Source of the DNA: a virus
Taxonomy: Duplodnaviria > Caudoviricetes
IMG/VR virus record: IMGVR_UViG_3300044972_000184
Location: 1-57,308 of that record
Reading direction: 5' to 3' (one strand)
DNA length: 57,308 bases
Part shown: in pieces, positions 1-8,815 of the stretch
Position numbering within the stretch: position 1 is the first letter of the stretch
How the letters are laid out: every line of letters begins with the position of its first letter
The notes under the pieces: model-generated
What the model was told of the DNA's origin: nothing
Database searches by the model: none
Seen by the model: the letters and a program-made list of their open reading frames with translations, nothing else
Program-made: the position numbers and the translations under genes

Positions 1-127
1 TCGGCAAACGATACGCAGACTTCTCTCCACCCGAACTGGCCGCCTACGGATCGTACTGCATCAACGATACCGAACTGACATACGCCCTGTTCCACAAGCT
101 GAAGCCACAGATTCCGACGCACGAGTT
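1..127. repeat. 127-bp terminal direct repeat, copy 1 (circular-assembly overlap)
   Basis: Identical to 57182-57308; lies inside the DNA polymerase ORF; 127 is a common assembler k-mer size. Confidence 0.95.
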
Positions 128-1499
128 GCTGGTCATCGACCAGACCATCCGCATGTACACCGAGCCGACCATCGAACTGGATGTGGACGCACTGCGGGTC
201 CACCTTGCCAACGTCGAGGAGAACCGGGCTGCACTGTTGCGTGAACTGGCCGACGCCATGGGGCAGGGGGCAGACGTGGATTTGGCCACGGTGCAGACCA
301 CCCTGATGAGCAACAACAACTTCGCCACCCTGCTCACGGCACTCGGCGTTGACCCGCCGATGAAGGTCAGCCCCACCACAGGGAAAGAAACCTATGCGTT
401 CTCCAAGACCGACAAGGGACTGACCGATCTGCTGGAACACCCCGACGACCGGGTCAGGGTGGCAGTGGAGGCACGGCTGGGTACCAAGTCCAGCATCGAG
501 AGGACCCGCACCGAAGCGTTCATAGGTATCTCTCAGCGTGGTAGCCTGCCCATCATGCTGAACTACTATGGTGCCCACACCGGGCGCTTCAGCGGTGGCG
601 ACAAGGTCAACCTCCAGAACCTACCGAGCCGGGGTAACGTCACCCTGCGGCGCGCACTGGTGGCACCGGAGGGGCACAGTCTCTTGGCCTGCGATAGCAG
701 CCAGATCGAGGCGCGCACCGTGGCATGGCTGGCTGGGCAGGACGACCTGCTGGCATCGTTCACTGCCGGCAACGACGTGTACTGTGAGTTCGCCTCGGAA
801 ATCTACGGACGCACCATCACCAAGGCTGACACCAAGGAACGCTTCGTCGGTAAGACGGGCATCCTCGGGCTGGGTTACGGCTGCGGCTGGGCCAAGTTCA
901 AGGAGATGCTGCGCGTCCAAGCCAAGGTCATCATCGACGACAACGAAGCGCAGCGGATCGTCGCCATCTACCGACAGAAGTACCACATGATCTCCCGCCT
1001 CTGGGTGCTGTGCAACAGTGCTCTGGGGACCATGCTCAACGGTGGCAGCGGCGACATCAACGGTATACTTAAGTATGATGCCGATGGGTTCTACCTACCC
1101 AATGGTATGCGGCTTGGGTACATGGGCCTGCGCCAGAGCAACAACGGGTACGGGTATATCAATGACGCCCGGACCTACCGCAAGATGGTGGAGATGCGGC
1201 TGCGTGGTGAGACGGTCAACGACCTGCTATGGACAAAGATATACGGGGGCAAGGTGGTGGAGAATCTGGTGCAGGCGCTGGCCGGCATCGCTGTCCGTGA
1301 GCAGATGGTGAAGATCAAACTGGCTGGCTACCACGTCGCCTTCCAAGTCCACGACGAGAACGTCATGGTGGTACCTGACGACCAGTTGCCTGCTGCCACC
1401 CAGCGGATCGAGTGGATCATGTCCACCGCTCCCAAGTGGGCACCCAACCTGCCCGTCGCATGTGAGTACGGCGTGGCCAAAAACTACGGGGACTGCTGA
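3..1499 (+). CDS. polA: Family A DNA polymerase, C-terminal part (gene starts at 56788 and crosses the contig join)
   Basis: HTGRFSG..NLQNLP, motif A DSSQIEAR, motif B KTGILGLGYG, motif C VHDE; frame continuous with 56788-57308. Confidence 0.95.
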   Translation, partial: GKRYADFSPPELAAYGSYCINDTELTYALFHKLKPQIPTHELLVIDQTIRMYTEPTIELDVDALRVHLANVEENRAALLRELADAMGQGADVDLATVQTTLMSNNNFATLLTALGVDPPMKVSPTTGKETYAFSKTDKGLTDLLEHPDDRVRVAVEARLGTKSSIERTRTEAFIGISQRGSLPIMLNYYGAHTGRFSGGDKVNLQNLPSRGNVTLRRALVAPEGHSLLACDSSQIEARTVAWLAGQDDLLASFTAGNDVYCEFASEIYGRTITKADTKERFVGKTGILGLGYGCGWAKFKEMLRVQAKVIIDDNEAQRIVAIYRQKYHMISRLWVLCNSALGTMLNGGSGDINGILKYDADGFYLPNGMRLGYMGLRQSNNGYGYINDARTYRKMVEMRLRGETVNDLLWTKIYGGKVVENLVQALAGIAVREQMVKIKLAGYHVAFQVHDENVMVVPDDQLPAATQRIEWIMSTAPKWAPNLPVACEYGVAKNYGDC

Positions 1500-2158
1500 T
1501 GAAACTGTCGCACTCATACTCGGCGCTCAAGCAGTTCGAGAACTGCCCGCAGCGGTACTACCGCCAGCGTATCCTCAAGGACATCAAGGATGAGGGAGGC
1601 GAGGCCAGCAAGAACGGCGAACGCATCCATACGGCGTTCGAGGTGCGCCTCATGGAGAACACGCAGTTCTCCAAGGATATGTCTGCGTATGAACCGCTGT
1701 GCCAGAGCGTCGAGAAGCTGGCCAGCGACGGCGGACAACTGCTGGTCGAGAAGGAACTGGTGCTGAACGAAAGCCTCCAGCCTACAGGCTGGTGGGACAA
1801 GGACGCATGGCTCCGCTCGAAGCTGGACGTGCTGGTGCTGAAGGGGGAGAAGGCTGTCGTCCTCGATTGGAAAACCGGCAAGCGCCGGCCCGACTTCTTC
1901 CAGATGCAGATGTTCGCAGCGCAGGTGTTCAAACACTACAAGAACGTCCAGATCGTACAGACATCTCTCGTGTGGCTGGGTGATGCCAGCATGGACAAGC
2001 AGGCGTACAATCGCATCGACATGCACACCATCTGGCAGGCCATCGAGAGCAAGATCACACGGATCGAGCAGGCTGTCGAGCATGACAACTGGCCGGCGCG
2101 ACCGAGCGGCCTGTGCAATTACTGCCCCGCCAAGCCGACGTGTAAGTGGGCGCGGTGA
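1499..2158 (+). CDS. PD-(D/E)XK Cas4/RecB-like exonuclease
   Basis: SYS..FENCP, KLDVL..VLDWKTGK, Q..F motif, C-terminal CNYCPAKPTC (Fe-S type cysteines). Confidence 0.85.
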   Translation: MKLSHSYSALKQFENCPQRYYRQRILKDIKDEGGEASKNGERIHTAFEVRLMENTQFSKDMSAYEPLCQSVEKLASDGGQLLVEKELVLNESLQPTGWWDKDAWLRSKLDVLVLKGEKAVVLDWKTGKRRPDFFQMQMFAAQVFKHYKNVQIVQTSLVWLGDASMDKQAYNRIDMHTIWQAIESKITRIEQAVEHDNWPARPSGLCNYCPAKPTCKWAR

Positions 2159-2167
2159 AAATAGTAG

Positions 2168-2195
2168 TTGACACGTATGTCCAACAGAGTAGGGT
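2168..2195 (+). promoter_or_regulatory. Sigma70-type promoter giving a probably leaderless mRNA
   Basis: TTGACA-N16-TAGGGT, ATG 5 nt after the -10 box, no SD. Confidence 0.6.
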
Positions 2196-2200
2196 GACAC

Positions 2201-2536
2201 ATGGGAGTGACGACCCCCGAAGGACGTATCAAGCAGCGCCTCCGCGCGATGCTTCTGCGTCATAAGGTATGGTTCTTTCTGCCCGGTAACAACGGGTTCG
2301 GTAAGTCCGGCATCCCCGACTTCATCGCCATTGTGCGCGGTGTGTTTGTCGGGATCGAGGTGAAGGCGGACCGAACCAAGAAGCCCACGGCCCTGCAATA
2401 CAAGTGCGCGAAGGAGATACGCGCCGCAGGGGGTGTCTGGTTCTTGGTCTACGACGACGAGACGATCCGAGGAGTGGAGGAGTTTATCTGTGCTGGTCAT
2501 CGAGAAAGCGAAGGTGCTGGCGCTGAAGCTGGGTAA
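2201..2536 (+). CDS. VRR-NUC domain nuclease / Holliday junction resolvase
   Basis: PEG.IK, GIPDFI, GIEVKA, PTALQ motifs. Confidence 0.88.
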   Translation: MGVTTPEGRIKQRLRAMLLRHKVWFFLPGNNGFGKSGIPDFIAIVRGVFVGIEVKADRTKKPTALQYKCAKEIRAAGGVWFLVYDDETIRGVEEFICAGHRESEGAGAEAG

Positions 2537-4043
2537 GCCTGAGCGCGTACTAGAATCCATACCTACAGCTAGGACTATCAATGTGCGCGGCGTCGATCTG
2601 GTGGTGGCACCCCACCGCTTGGATGAAGTGCGCGTCCTCAACAACATCGGCATCCGCGCGCCGTCCCCTATCCTGTACTACTACGACTGGCCGGGTAAGT
2701 TCACCCCGTTCGACCACCAGCGGGAGACGGCTGCCTTCCTGACCCTGCACCCCAAGTGCATCGTGCTTAACGAGATCGGCACAGGCAAGACGCAGTCGGC
2801 ACTGTGGGCAGCGGACTATCTGCTGTCCAAGGGTGTCATCAAGAAGGTGCTCATCATGTCCCCGCTGTCCACACTGGAGCGGGTGTGGGGTGACGGTATC
2901 TTCATGGGGTTCCCGCACCGGAAGTTCGTCGTGTTGCACGGCTCTGCCGAGCGGCGGCACCGGCTGATGAAGCAGGACGTAGACTTCTACATCGTGAACC
3001 ACGACGGCTTCCCGATCATATCCAAGGAAGCCACGGGTATGTTTGACCTTGTGATCGCTGACGAGGCGGCGGTGCTGCGTAACCCCAGTACCCAAAGGTT
3101 CAAGCAGTTCCGCAAGTGGATGGATGCCAACCCGGAGACACGTCTGTGGTTGATGACGGGCACCCCGACACCGAACGAACCCACCGATGCTTGGGCTTTG
3201 GCCCGCCTGATTAACAGCCCGAACCTGACGCTGACCTTCACGGCTTTCCGTGAGACCGTCATGCAGAAGATGGGGCAGTGGCGTTTCGTGCCCCGGTCTG
3301 ACGCCACTGAGATCGTGAAGAACGTGCTGCAACCTGCGGTGCGGTACACCCGTGAGGAGTGCTTCGACCTACCGGAGACCATGCTCCAGACCCGCAAGGT
3401 GGACCTGACACCGGAGCAGAAGCAGCACTACCAGAAGATGGTGAAGGAACTGGTCACTGAGATCGGCAGCGACGGTATGATTAGCGCCGTGAACGAAGCG
3501 GTCAAGGTACAGAAACTTATCCAGATAGCGTGTGGCGTGGTCTACGGCGACGACGGCCAGCACATCGAGCTTGATGCCGGACCCCGTGTCAAACTGGTGA
3601 AGGAGATCATCGAGGAGGCAGGGGAGAAGGTCATCCTGTTCGTGCCACTGACAGGCACACTGCACATGCTGGAGAAAGAACTCTCCAAGCACTGGACGGT
3701 AGGCGTGGTCAACGGCGAGGTATCATCCTCGAAGCGAGACGTGATCTTCAAGAACTTCCAAGAGGCGAAGGACCCGCGTGTCCTCATCGCCCACCCCGGC
3801 ACCATGGCGCACGGTCTCACTCTGACCAGTGCGTCGACAATCATCTGGTACGGCCCGATCACAAGCAACGAGGTGTATGTCCAAGCCTGTGGTCGGATCG
3901 AACGGATCGGTAAGAACAAAACATCGAACGTGATCCACATCGAGGCAACCGACTTGGAGCACAAGATGTACGACCGACTGAGGAATAAGCAGAAGATACA
4001 GGGACTTCTGCTGGACTTGATAAGAGAGGAGACCAAGCGATGA
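2490..4043 (+). CDS. SNF2-family (SF2) helicase
   Basis: Walker A GTGKT, IADEA, MTGTPTPN, HGLTLT, QACGRIERIG; GTG start at 2490 follows GGAGGAG. Confidence 0.9.
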   Translation: MLVIEKAKVLALKLGKPERVLESIPTARTINVRGVDLVVAPHRLDEVRVLNNIGIRAPSPILYYYDWPGKFTPFDHQRETAAFLTLHPKCIVLNEIGTGKTQSALWAADYLLSKGVIKKVLIMSPLSTLERVWGDGIFMGFPHRKFVVLHGSAERRHRLMKQDVDFYIVNHDGFPIISKEATGMFDLVIADEAAVLRNPSTQRFKQFRKWMDANPETRLWLMTGTPTPNEPTDAWALARLINSPNLTLTFTAFRETVMQKMGQWRFVPRSDATEIVKNVLQPAVRYTREECFDLPETMLQTRKVDLTPEQKQHYQKMVKELVTEIGSDGMISAVNEAVKVQKLIQIACGVVYGDDGQHIELDAGPRVKLVKEIIEEAGEKVILFVPLTGTLHMLEKELSKHWTVGVVNGEVSSSKRDVIFKNFQEAKDPRVLIAHPGTMAHGLTLTSASTIIWYGPITSNEVYVQACGRIERIGKNKTSNVIHIEATDLEHKMYDRLRNKQKIQGLLLDLIREETKR

Positions 4044-4441
4044 CAGTGAAGGTGGATGCCGCAATCGCGGTGTACCTAAAGCTGCGCGAACAGAAGGCGC
4101 AGATCGAGAAGGCAGCGAAGGCGGAGGTCGAGAAGCTGGAGCGTGACATGGACAAGCTGACCTCGTGGCTCAAGATACAGGCAGACGAGACTGGTGTCGC
4201 CAGCTTCAAGACACCCGCTGGCACGGCGTTCCTCAAGGCCACGGACTATGCGTCAGTGGCGGACTGGGATGCAGTGGTTAAGTTCGTCAAGGAGAACGAC
4301 GCCTACGACATGCTGACCAAGGGCGTCAGCAAGGTAGCAATCCGGGAGTACATGAACGAGACCAAGGAACTCCCGCCCGGCGTGAACTTCGGCACCAAGA
4401 TCGAGGTGCAGGTTCGCAAACCCACCAACAAGGAGGACTGA
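4040..4441 (+). CDS. Conserved phage protein (coiled coil + small beta domain), replication module
   Basis: SD GAGGAG, ATGA coupling, FKTPAGT..DWDAV..LPPGV pattern typical of genes next to phage SSBs. Confidence 0.7.
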   Translation: MTVKVDAAIAVYLKLREQKAQIEKAAKAEVEKLERDMDKLTSWLKIQADETGVASFKTPAGTAFLKATDYASVADWDAVVKFVKENDAYDMLTKGVSKVAIREYMNETKELPPGVNFGTKIEVQVRKPTNKED

Positions 4442-4575
4442 TGATCGACTGGCTTAAGCGTTGGCTCCGTAGGCCACCGAAGAACAAGTCTGAGGATGAG
4501 GATCAGTTGGAGTTACCCTTCGATCCCCCGCTCCCGCACTTCCCACCACCACCCTTCAACCAACCGCACGTCTAA
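4441..4575 (+). CDS. 44-aa microprotein with QLELPF motif (not in ORF track)
   Basis: AGGAGG SD, TGATG coupling to upstream stop; MIDWLKRWLRRPPKNKSEDEDQLELPFDPPLPHFPPPPFNQPHV. Confidence 0.6.
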   Translation: MIDWLKRWLRRPPKNKSEDEDQLELPFDPPLPHFPPPPFNQPHV

Positions 4576-4596
4576 CCGCTCATCACAGGAGAATAT

Positions 4597-5622
4597 ATGA
4601 GCAACGCAATCATCCCCGCTAACATCCAAATCCCCGCTCACCTCGCTGCCCGTATGCAGCAGCCGTCGGCACTGGCCGCCTCACTGGCTGCCGGTCTGGG
4701 TTCGGGTTCCGACTATCCCCGCATCAGCATCAAGGGTGCCCGCTTCCGCATCGTCGAAGGCAAGACCGAGACCGTGCTGGACGAGACCCGCCTGAAGGTG
4801 GTGATCGTTGGCTCCAACCCGGCCATCACCAAGAACTACTACGGCAAGGCATGGGACCCCAACGCTGAAGCCTCTGGCCCGGAATGCTTCTCGATGAACG
4901 GCAAGACGCCGGACCCTGAGTCGCCGTCGCCGCAGAGCGACACCTGTGTCGCCTGCCCCATGAACGCATGGGGTTCCAAGATCAGCCCCAACGGGCAGAA
5001 GATCAAGGCGTGTGCTGACCAGAAGCGTCTGGCTGTCGTGGCTGGTGACGACCCGACCGGTCCGATCTATCTGCTTCAGGTGACGCCGGCTGCGCTGAAG
5101 GACCTGAACCAGTACCAGAAGGAACTCACGCTGCGCGGTATCCCGCCGGAGGTGGTGTTCACCACCCTGTCGTTCGACACCGATGCGTCCTTCCCCAAGT
5201 TGAAGTTCTCTTTCGGTGGGTTCCTCGATGCTGAAACGCAGGAAGTGGCCGATGGTCTGTTCGGTACGGACAAGGTGACGGAGATCACCGGCGAGAAGGC
5301 GACGGTCCTCGAAGCCCTGCCGGCCCCTACTCCGGCCAAGCCGCAGTCTGTCCACGTGGTGGAAGAAGCCCCGGAAGTTATCGCTGAGCCGGTGGAGGAA
5401 GCCCCGGTCAAGCGTGGGTTCGGTGCCAAGGCTGCTGCGGAACCGGCCCCGAAGGCAGAGGAAGCGCCTGCTCCGAAGCGTGGGTTCGGTACCAAGGCGG
5501 AAACCAAGGCGGAAACCAAGGCGGCCCCCAAGCCTACCGTGGTTAGTGCCGAGCCGCAGGGTGGCAGCCTCGCTGACGAGATCGCTGCACTGGTGGGGAG
5601 CATGAACTCTGATGACGAGTGA
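4597..5622 (+). CDS. Putative single-stranded DNA-binding/annealing protein
   Basis: RISIKG.RF, CxxCP..WGS..C motif, Ala/Pro/Lys-rich linker with two KRGFG repeats, acidic C-terminus; replication context. Confidence 0.65.
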   Translation: MSNAIIPANIQIPAHLAARMQQPSALAASLAAGLGSGSDYPRISIKGARFRIVEGKTETVLDETRLKVVIVGSNPAITKNYYGKAWDPNAEASGPECFSMNGKTPDPESPSPQSDTCVACPMNAWGSKISPNGQKIKACADQKRLAVVAGDDPTGPIYLLQVTPAALKDLNQYQKELTLRGIPPEVVFTTLSFDTDASFPKLKFSFGGFLDAETQEVADGLFGTDKVTEITGEKATVLEALPAPTPAKPQSVHVVEEAPEVIAEPVEEAPVKRGFGAKAAAEPAPKAEEAPAPKRGFGTKAETKAETKAAPKPTVVSAEPQGGSLADEIAALVGSMNSDDE

Positions 5623-5899
5623 TCCGCAACCCCTCGACTTTGCGAAGATCGACTGGATGCGGCGGCGTATGCTGTTGTCCGTCGGTGACATCGCACACCT
5701 GTTCGGAGTCTCACGAGCCACCTACTACGGGTGGCTCAAGGGAACCCCGCTTCGCAAAAGCAATGACGAAGCGGTACGGGACATGCTAAAACGGCTCCTT
5801 TCCTTGGTCACGGATCACTCGTGGCCAACACCGGAGGCGATGGCAGCGGATCAGAAGAAGCGAAGGGAGATGGTCATCGCGCTTCTGAACCAGCAATAA
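5612..5899 (+). CDS. HTH (XRE/Cro-like) DNA-binding protein
   Basis: LSVGDIAHLFGVSRATYYGWLKG helix-turn-helix. Confidence 0.8.
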   Translation: MTSDPQPLDFAKIDWMRRRMLLSVGDIAHLFGVSRATYYGWLKGTPLRKSNDEAVRDMLKRLLSLVTDHSWPTPEAMAADQKKRREMVIALLNQQ

Positions 5900-5950
5900 G
5901 AGAGGGCGAGGGGTGGGTCGAGTGACTCACCCCCGCATTGCGGGGACGAC

Positions 5951-8815
5951 ATGGACACCAATACATTTCTGTACAAAGTTCTGCCGGCACAAGGAGTGTA
6001 TGTCGGCGCGCAGTTGTCGTCCTTCGGGATGCGCCATGCGTTCTTCCACACCATCGAGGACCTGAGTGATTGGGCGCTGGACGCCAGCGCACGTGGTGGC
6101 AACGTCTACTACACCGTGTCGGCCATGAACGATGGCTCCGAGCGGACTCAGGCCAACACACGAGTCACAAAGCTGGTCGCGCTCGACGTAGACTGCGGCC
6201 CCAAGAAGCCATACCCCGGCAAGCGTGAGGGACTGCAAGCCCTGCTGTCGTTCGTCTCCGAGATGTCCCTACCCAAGCCGACGGTCATCGACTCAGGCAA
6301 CGGGCTGCACGTCTACTGGACCCTGACGGACGAACTGGAGCCGGCTGAGTGGCAGCCACTGGCCAACGCCATGAAGGGCGCGGCTATCGCCAAGGACTTC
6401 TACATCGACCGGTCCGTACCGGGCGACAGCGCACGACTGCTACGGATCGTGGGCACCATCAACCCCAAGGGCGGCAACACCGTGAAGGCGCTGATCGACG
6501 CGCCGGCGGTTCACCCCGACACCCTGCGGGCGGCGCTCACAGGGTACACTTTGTCGACGCCGAGTATTCTACCCCCTACCTCCCGACAGCAAACACCCAC
6601 AAGTAAGTTGTCACAAGCCCTTGCTGTCGAGGTCGAGTTCCCTCCGTCCGACCCCGCCGTGCTGGTGGAGAAGTGCGCCCAGATCAAGTGGGCCACCGAG
6701 AACCAAGGCGATGTCGAGGAGCCGTTCTGGTACGCCCTGCTGGGTGTCGCTGCTCACTGCGAAGACCCGGAGGCTACGGCTGTAGCGTGGTCACAGAACC
6801 ACCCGGACTATAGCTACGCCACCACCATCAAGAAGATGGACCAGTGGCGATCAGTGACCACCGGACCGGCGACCTGCGATAAGTTCAGGACCGAGCGACC
6901 GAAGGGCTGCGCGAACTGCAAGTTCGCCAACAAGATCACCACCCCGACCCAGCTTGGTACCAAGTACGCAGAGGTGGAAGTCGCCGCCGACGTTAAGGAC
7001 CCAGTGGCCAGTGAGGTACCGCTGCCGCGCCCGTTCAAGCGCACTGCCGCTGGCATTGTCCAGACCACTGAAGGCACCGACATCGTCATCTCCCCCTACG
7101 ACATCTACCCAGTTGGTTACGGGCGGGACGATAACCTCGGCTATGAGATCGTGCGCTACCACTGGAAGCGCCCCCACCGTGGGTGGTGTGAACTGGTGCT
7201 GCGACAGGCGCACCTCACTGACACCAAGAGCCGAGAGTTTACCACCGACATCGCTGACCAAGGGATCGTGCTGAAGACGAAGACTCAGACAGAAAGTTTC
7301 CAGTTTATGCTGCGCTCATACATGGACAACCTGCGCCAGATGCGCGCGATGACCAACATCTACAACAGCATGGGGTTCAAGGAGGACTACCGCCACTTCG
7401 TACTGGGCACCACGGTCTTCACCAAGGGCGACGATGGCGCTATCACACAGGAACAAATCTCCCTTGCCTCGTCGACGGCCCGCCTTTCAGGCGATCTGTT
7501 CTGCTCACAGGGTAGCCTGTCCGACTGGACCAAGTTCGTGCGGGTGTTTGCACAGGCCAACATGCCGGCGCATGTGTTCATGCTGGGTGTTGGGTTCGCC
7601 TCACCGATGCTGAACCTGACCGGTCTCAACGGTGTGACCATCGCCCTGTCTGGGCCGAGCGGCGCGGGTAAGACGCTGGCACAGCTTGTGAAGCAGTCGA
7701 TCTGGGGCAACCCGGACAAGGTCCACTTCTCTGCCAAGTTCACACAGAACGCTCTGTACAACCGGCTCGGTCTCTACTGCCACCTGCCCATGTCCATCGA
7801 CGAAGCGACGGTCATCTCGGATAAAGAGATCGGTGACTTCCTGTACATGGTTACGCAGGGCCGGGATAAGACCCGACTGACGCGCTCGGCGGAGGAACGG
7901 GAGACCAAGACGTGGTCCTCGATGACCTCGGTGTCCACCAACATCCCGCTCTCGACCAAGCTGTCGGCTGTCAGCAGCGCCACGAACGCGCAGAGCCTGC
8001 GCCTGCTGGAGTTGGACCTGCCCCGGCACCCCCTGTTCACACAGAGCACCGACCTTGGCCGGAAGATATACCAGTTTGTGAACAGCAACTACGGGCTGGC
8101 TGGCCCTGAGTTTGCCAAGTACCTGCTGGAGTTGGGGCCAGACGAGATCAAGCGGCGGATCAAAGAAGCCACGGAGACGTTCTCAAGTCGCTACCACGGG
8201 GCGACGTTCAACGGTGAGGAACGGTTCTGGGAGACCACCCTCGTACTGGTGGACTTGGCGCTGACAATGGCCAGTGAGATCGGACTGATCGACTTCGACC
8301 ATGAGCCATCACTGATGTGGGTACTGGAGCAGCTTGGGGTCAACCGTCAGGCGCTGACCGATAACACCATGGACAGCTTCGATGTCCTGTCAGCGTACCT
8401 GAACGACAACACCAAGTACGCGCTGACGATGATGCACACAGGGGCGAACCCACCGGTGCCGATCTTGAATCGTATGCCACGGGAGGAAGTCCGCATCCGC
8501 TACGATATGTACAGGAGCGGGCCGACTGTGCCGTTCAGCACAGGCACAGTGACCGTCGACAGGGCACACTTCCGCAAGTGGCTTGCGATCAACGCCGGCG
8601 ACTACCGTGGTATGATGAGCCAGTTCAAGGCTGACAACATCGTCATGCCGATCCGTGGTGACAAGGCATACCTCTCCCGCGACACCGACATCAAGATGGG
8701 CCAGTCATACGTGGTCCGCCTGAACCTATCCCACGACAGGCTGAAGGGCATACTCGACGAGGCAGAGAACGCCTTCGAGACAGACGCCTTCAAGCGACTG
8801 ACGGTGGTTAAGTAG
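5951..8815 (+). CDS. Primase-helicase (AEP/RepB-like primase, PriCT-like Cys cluster, DUF927-like + SF3-type helicase)
   Basis: LDVD and SGNGLHVYW primase motifs; TCDKF..GCANC; Walker A GPSGAGKT; Walker B SIDE. Confidence 0.88.
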   Translation: MDTNTFLYKVLPAQGVYVGAQLSSFGMRHAFFHTIEDLSDWALDASARGGNVYYTVSAMNDGSERTQANTRVTKLVALDVDCGPKKPYPGKREGLQALLSFVSEMSLPKPTVIDSGNGLHVYWTLTDELEPAEWQPLANAMKGAAIAKDFYIDRSVPGDSARLLRIVGTINPKGGNTVKALIDAPAVHPDTLRAALTGYTLSTPSILPPTSRQQTPTSKLSQALAVEVEFPPSDPAVLVEKCAQIKWATENQGDVEEPFWYALLGVAAHCEDPEATAVAWSQNHPDYSYATTIKKMDQWRSVTTGPATCDKFRTERPKGCANCKFANKITTPTQLGTKYAEVEVAADVKDPVASEVPLPRPFKRTAAGIVQTTEGTDIVISPYDIYPVGYGRDDNLGYEIVRYHWKRPHRGWCELVLRQAHLTDTKSREFTTDIADQGIVLKTKTQTESFQFMLRSYMDNLRQMRAMTNIYNSMGFKEDYRHFVLGTTVFTKGDDGAITQEQISLASSTARLSGDLFCSQGSLSDWTKFVRVFAQANMPAHVFMLGVGFASPMLNLTGLNGVTIALSGPSGAGKTLAQLVKQSIWGNPDKVHFSAKFTQNALYNRLGLYCHLPMSIDEATVISDKEIGDFLYMVTQGRDKTRLTRSAEERETKTWSSMTSVSTNIPLSTKLSAVSSATNAQSLRLLELDLPRHPLFTQSTDLGRKIYQFVNSNYGLAGPEFAKYLLELGPDEIKRRIKEATETFSSRYHGATFNGEERFWETTLVLVDLALTMASEIGLIDFDHEPSLMWVLEQLGVNRQALTDNTMDSFDVLSAYLNDNTKYALTMMHTGANPPVPILNRMPREEVRIRYDMYRSGPTVPFSTGTVTVDRAHFRKWLAINAGDYRGMMSQFKADNIVMPIRGDKAYLSRDTDIKMGQSYVVRLNLSHDRLKGILDEAENAFETDAFKRLTVVK

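Noticed and set aside
300-5620. Additional CTGATGA hammerhead cores near 303, 2964 and 5609
   Set aside because: Inside coding sequence with no matching stems or correctly placed GAAA seen
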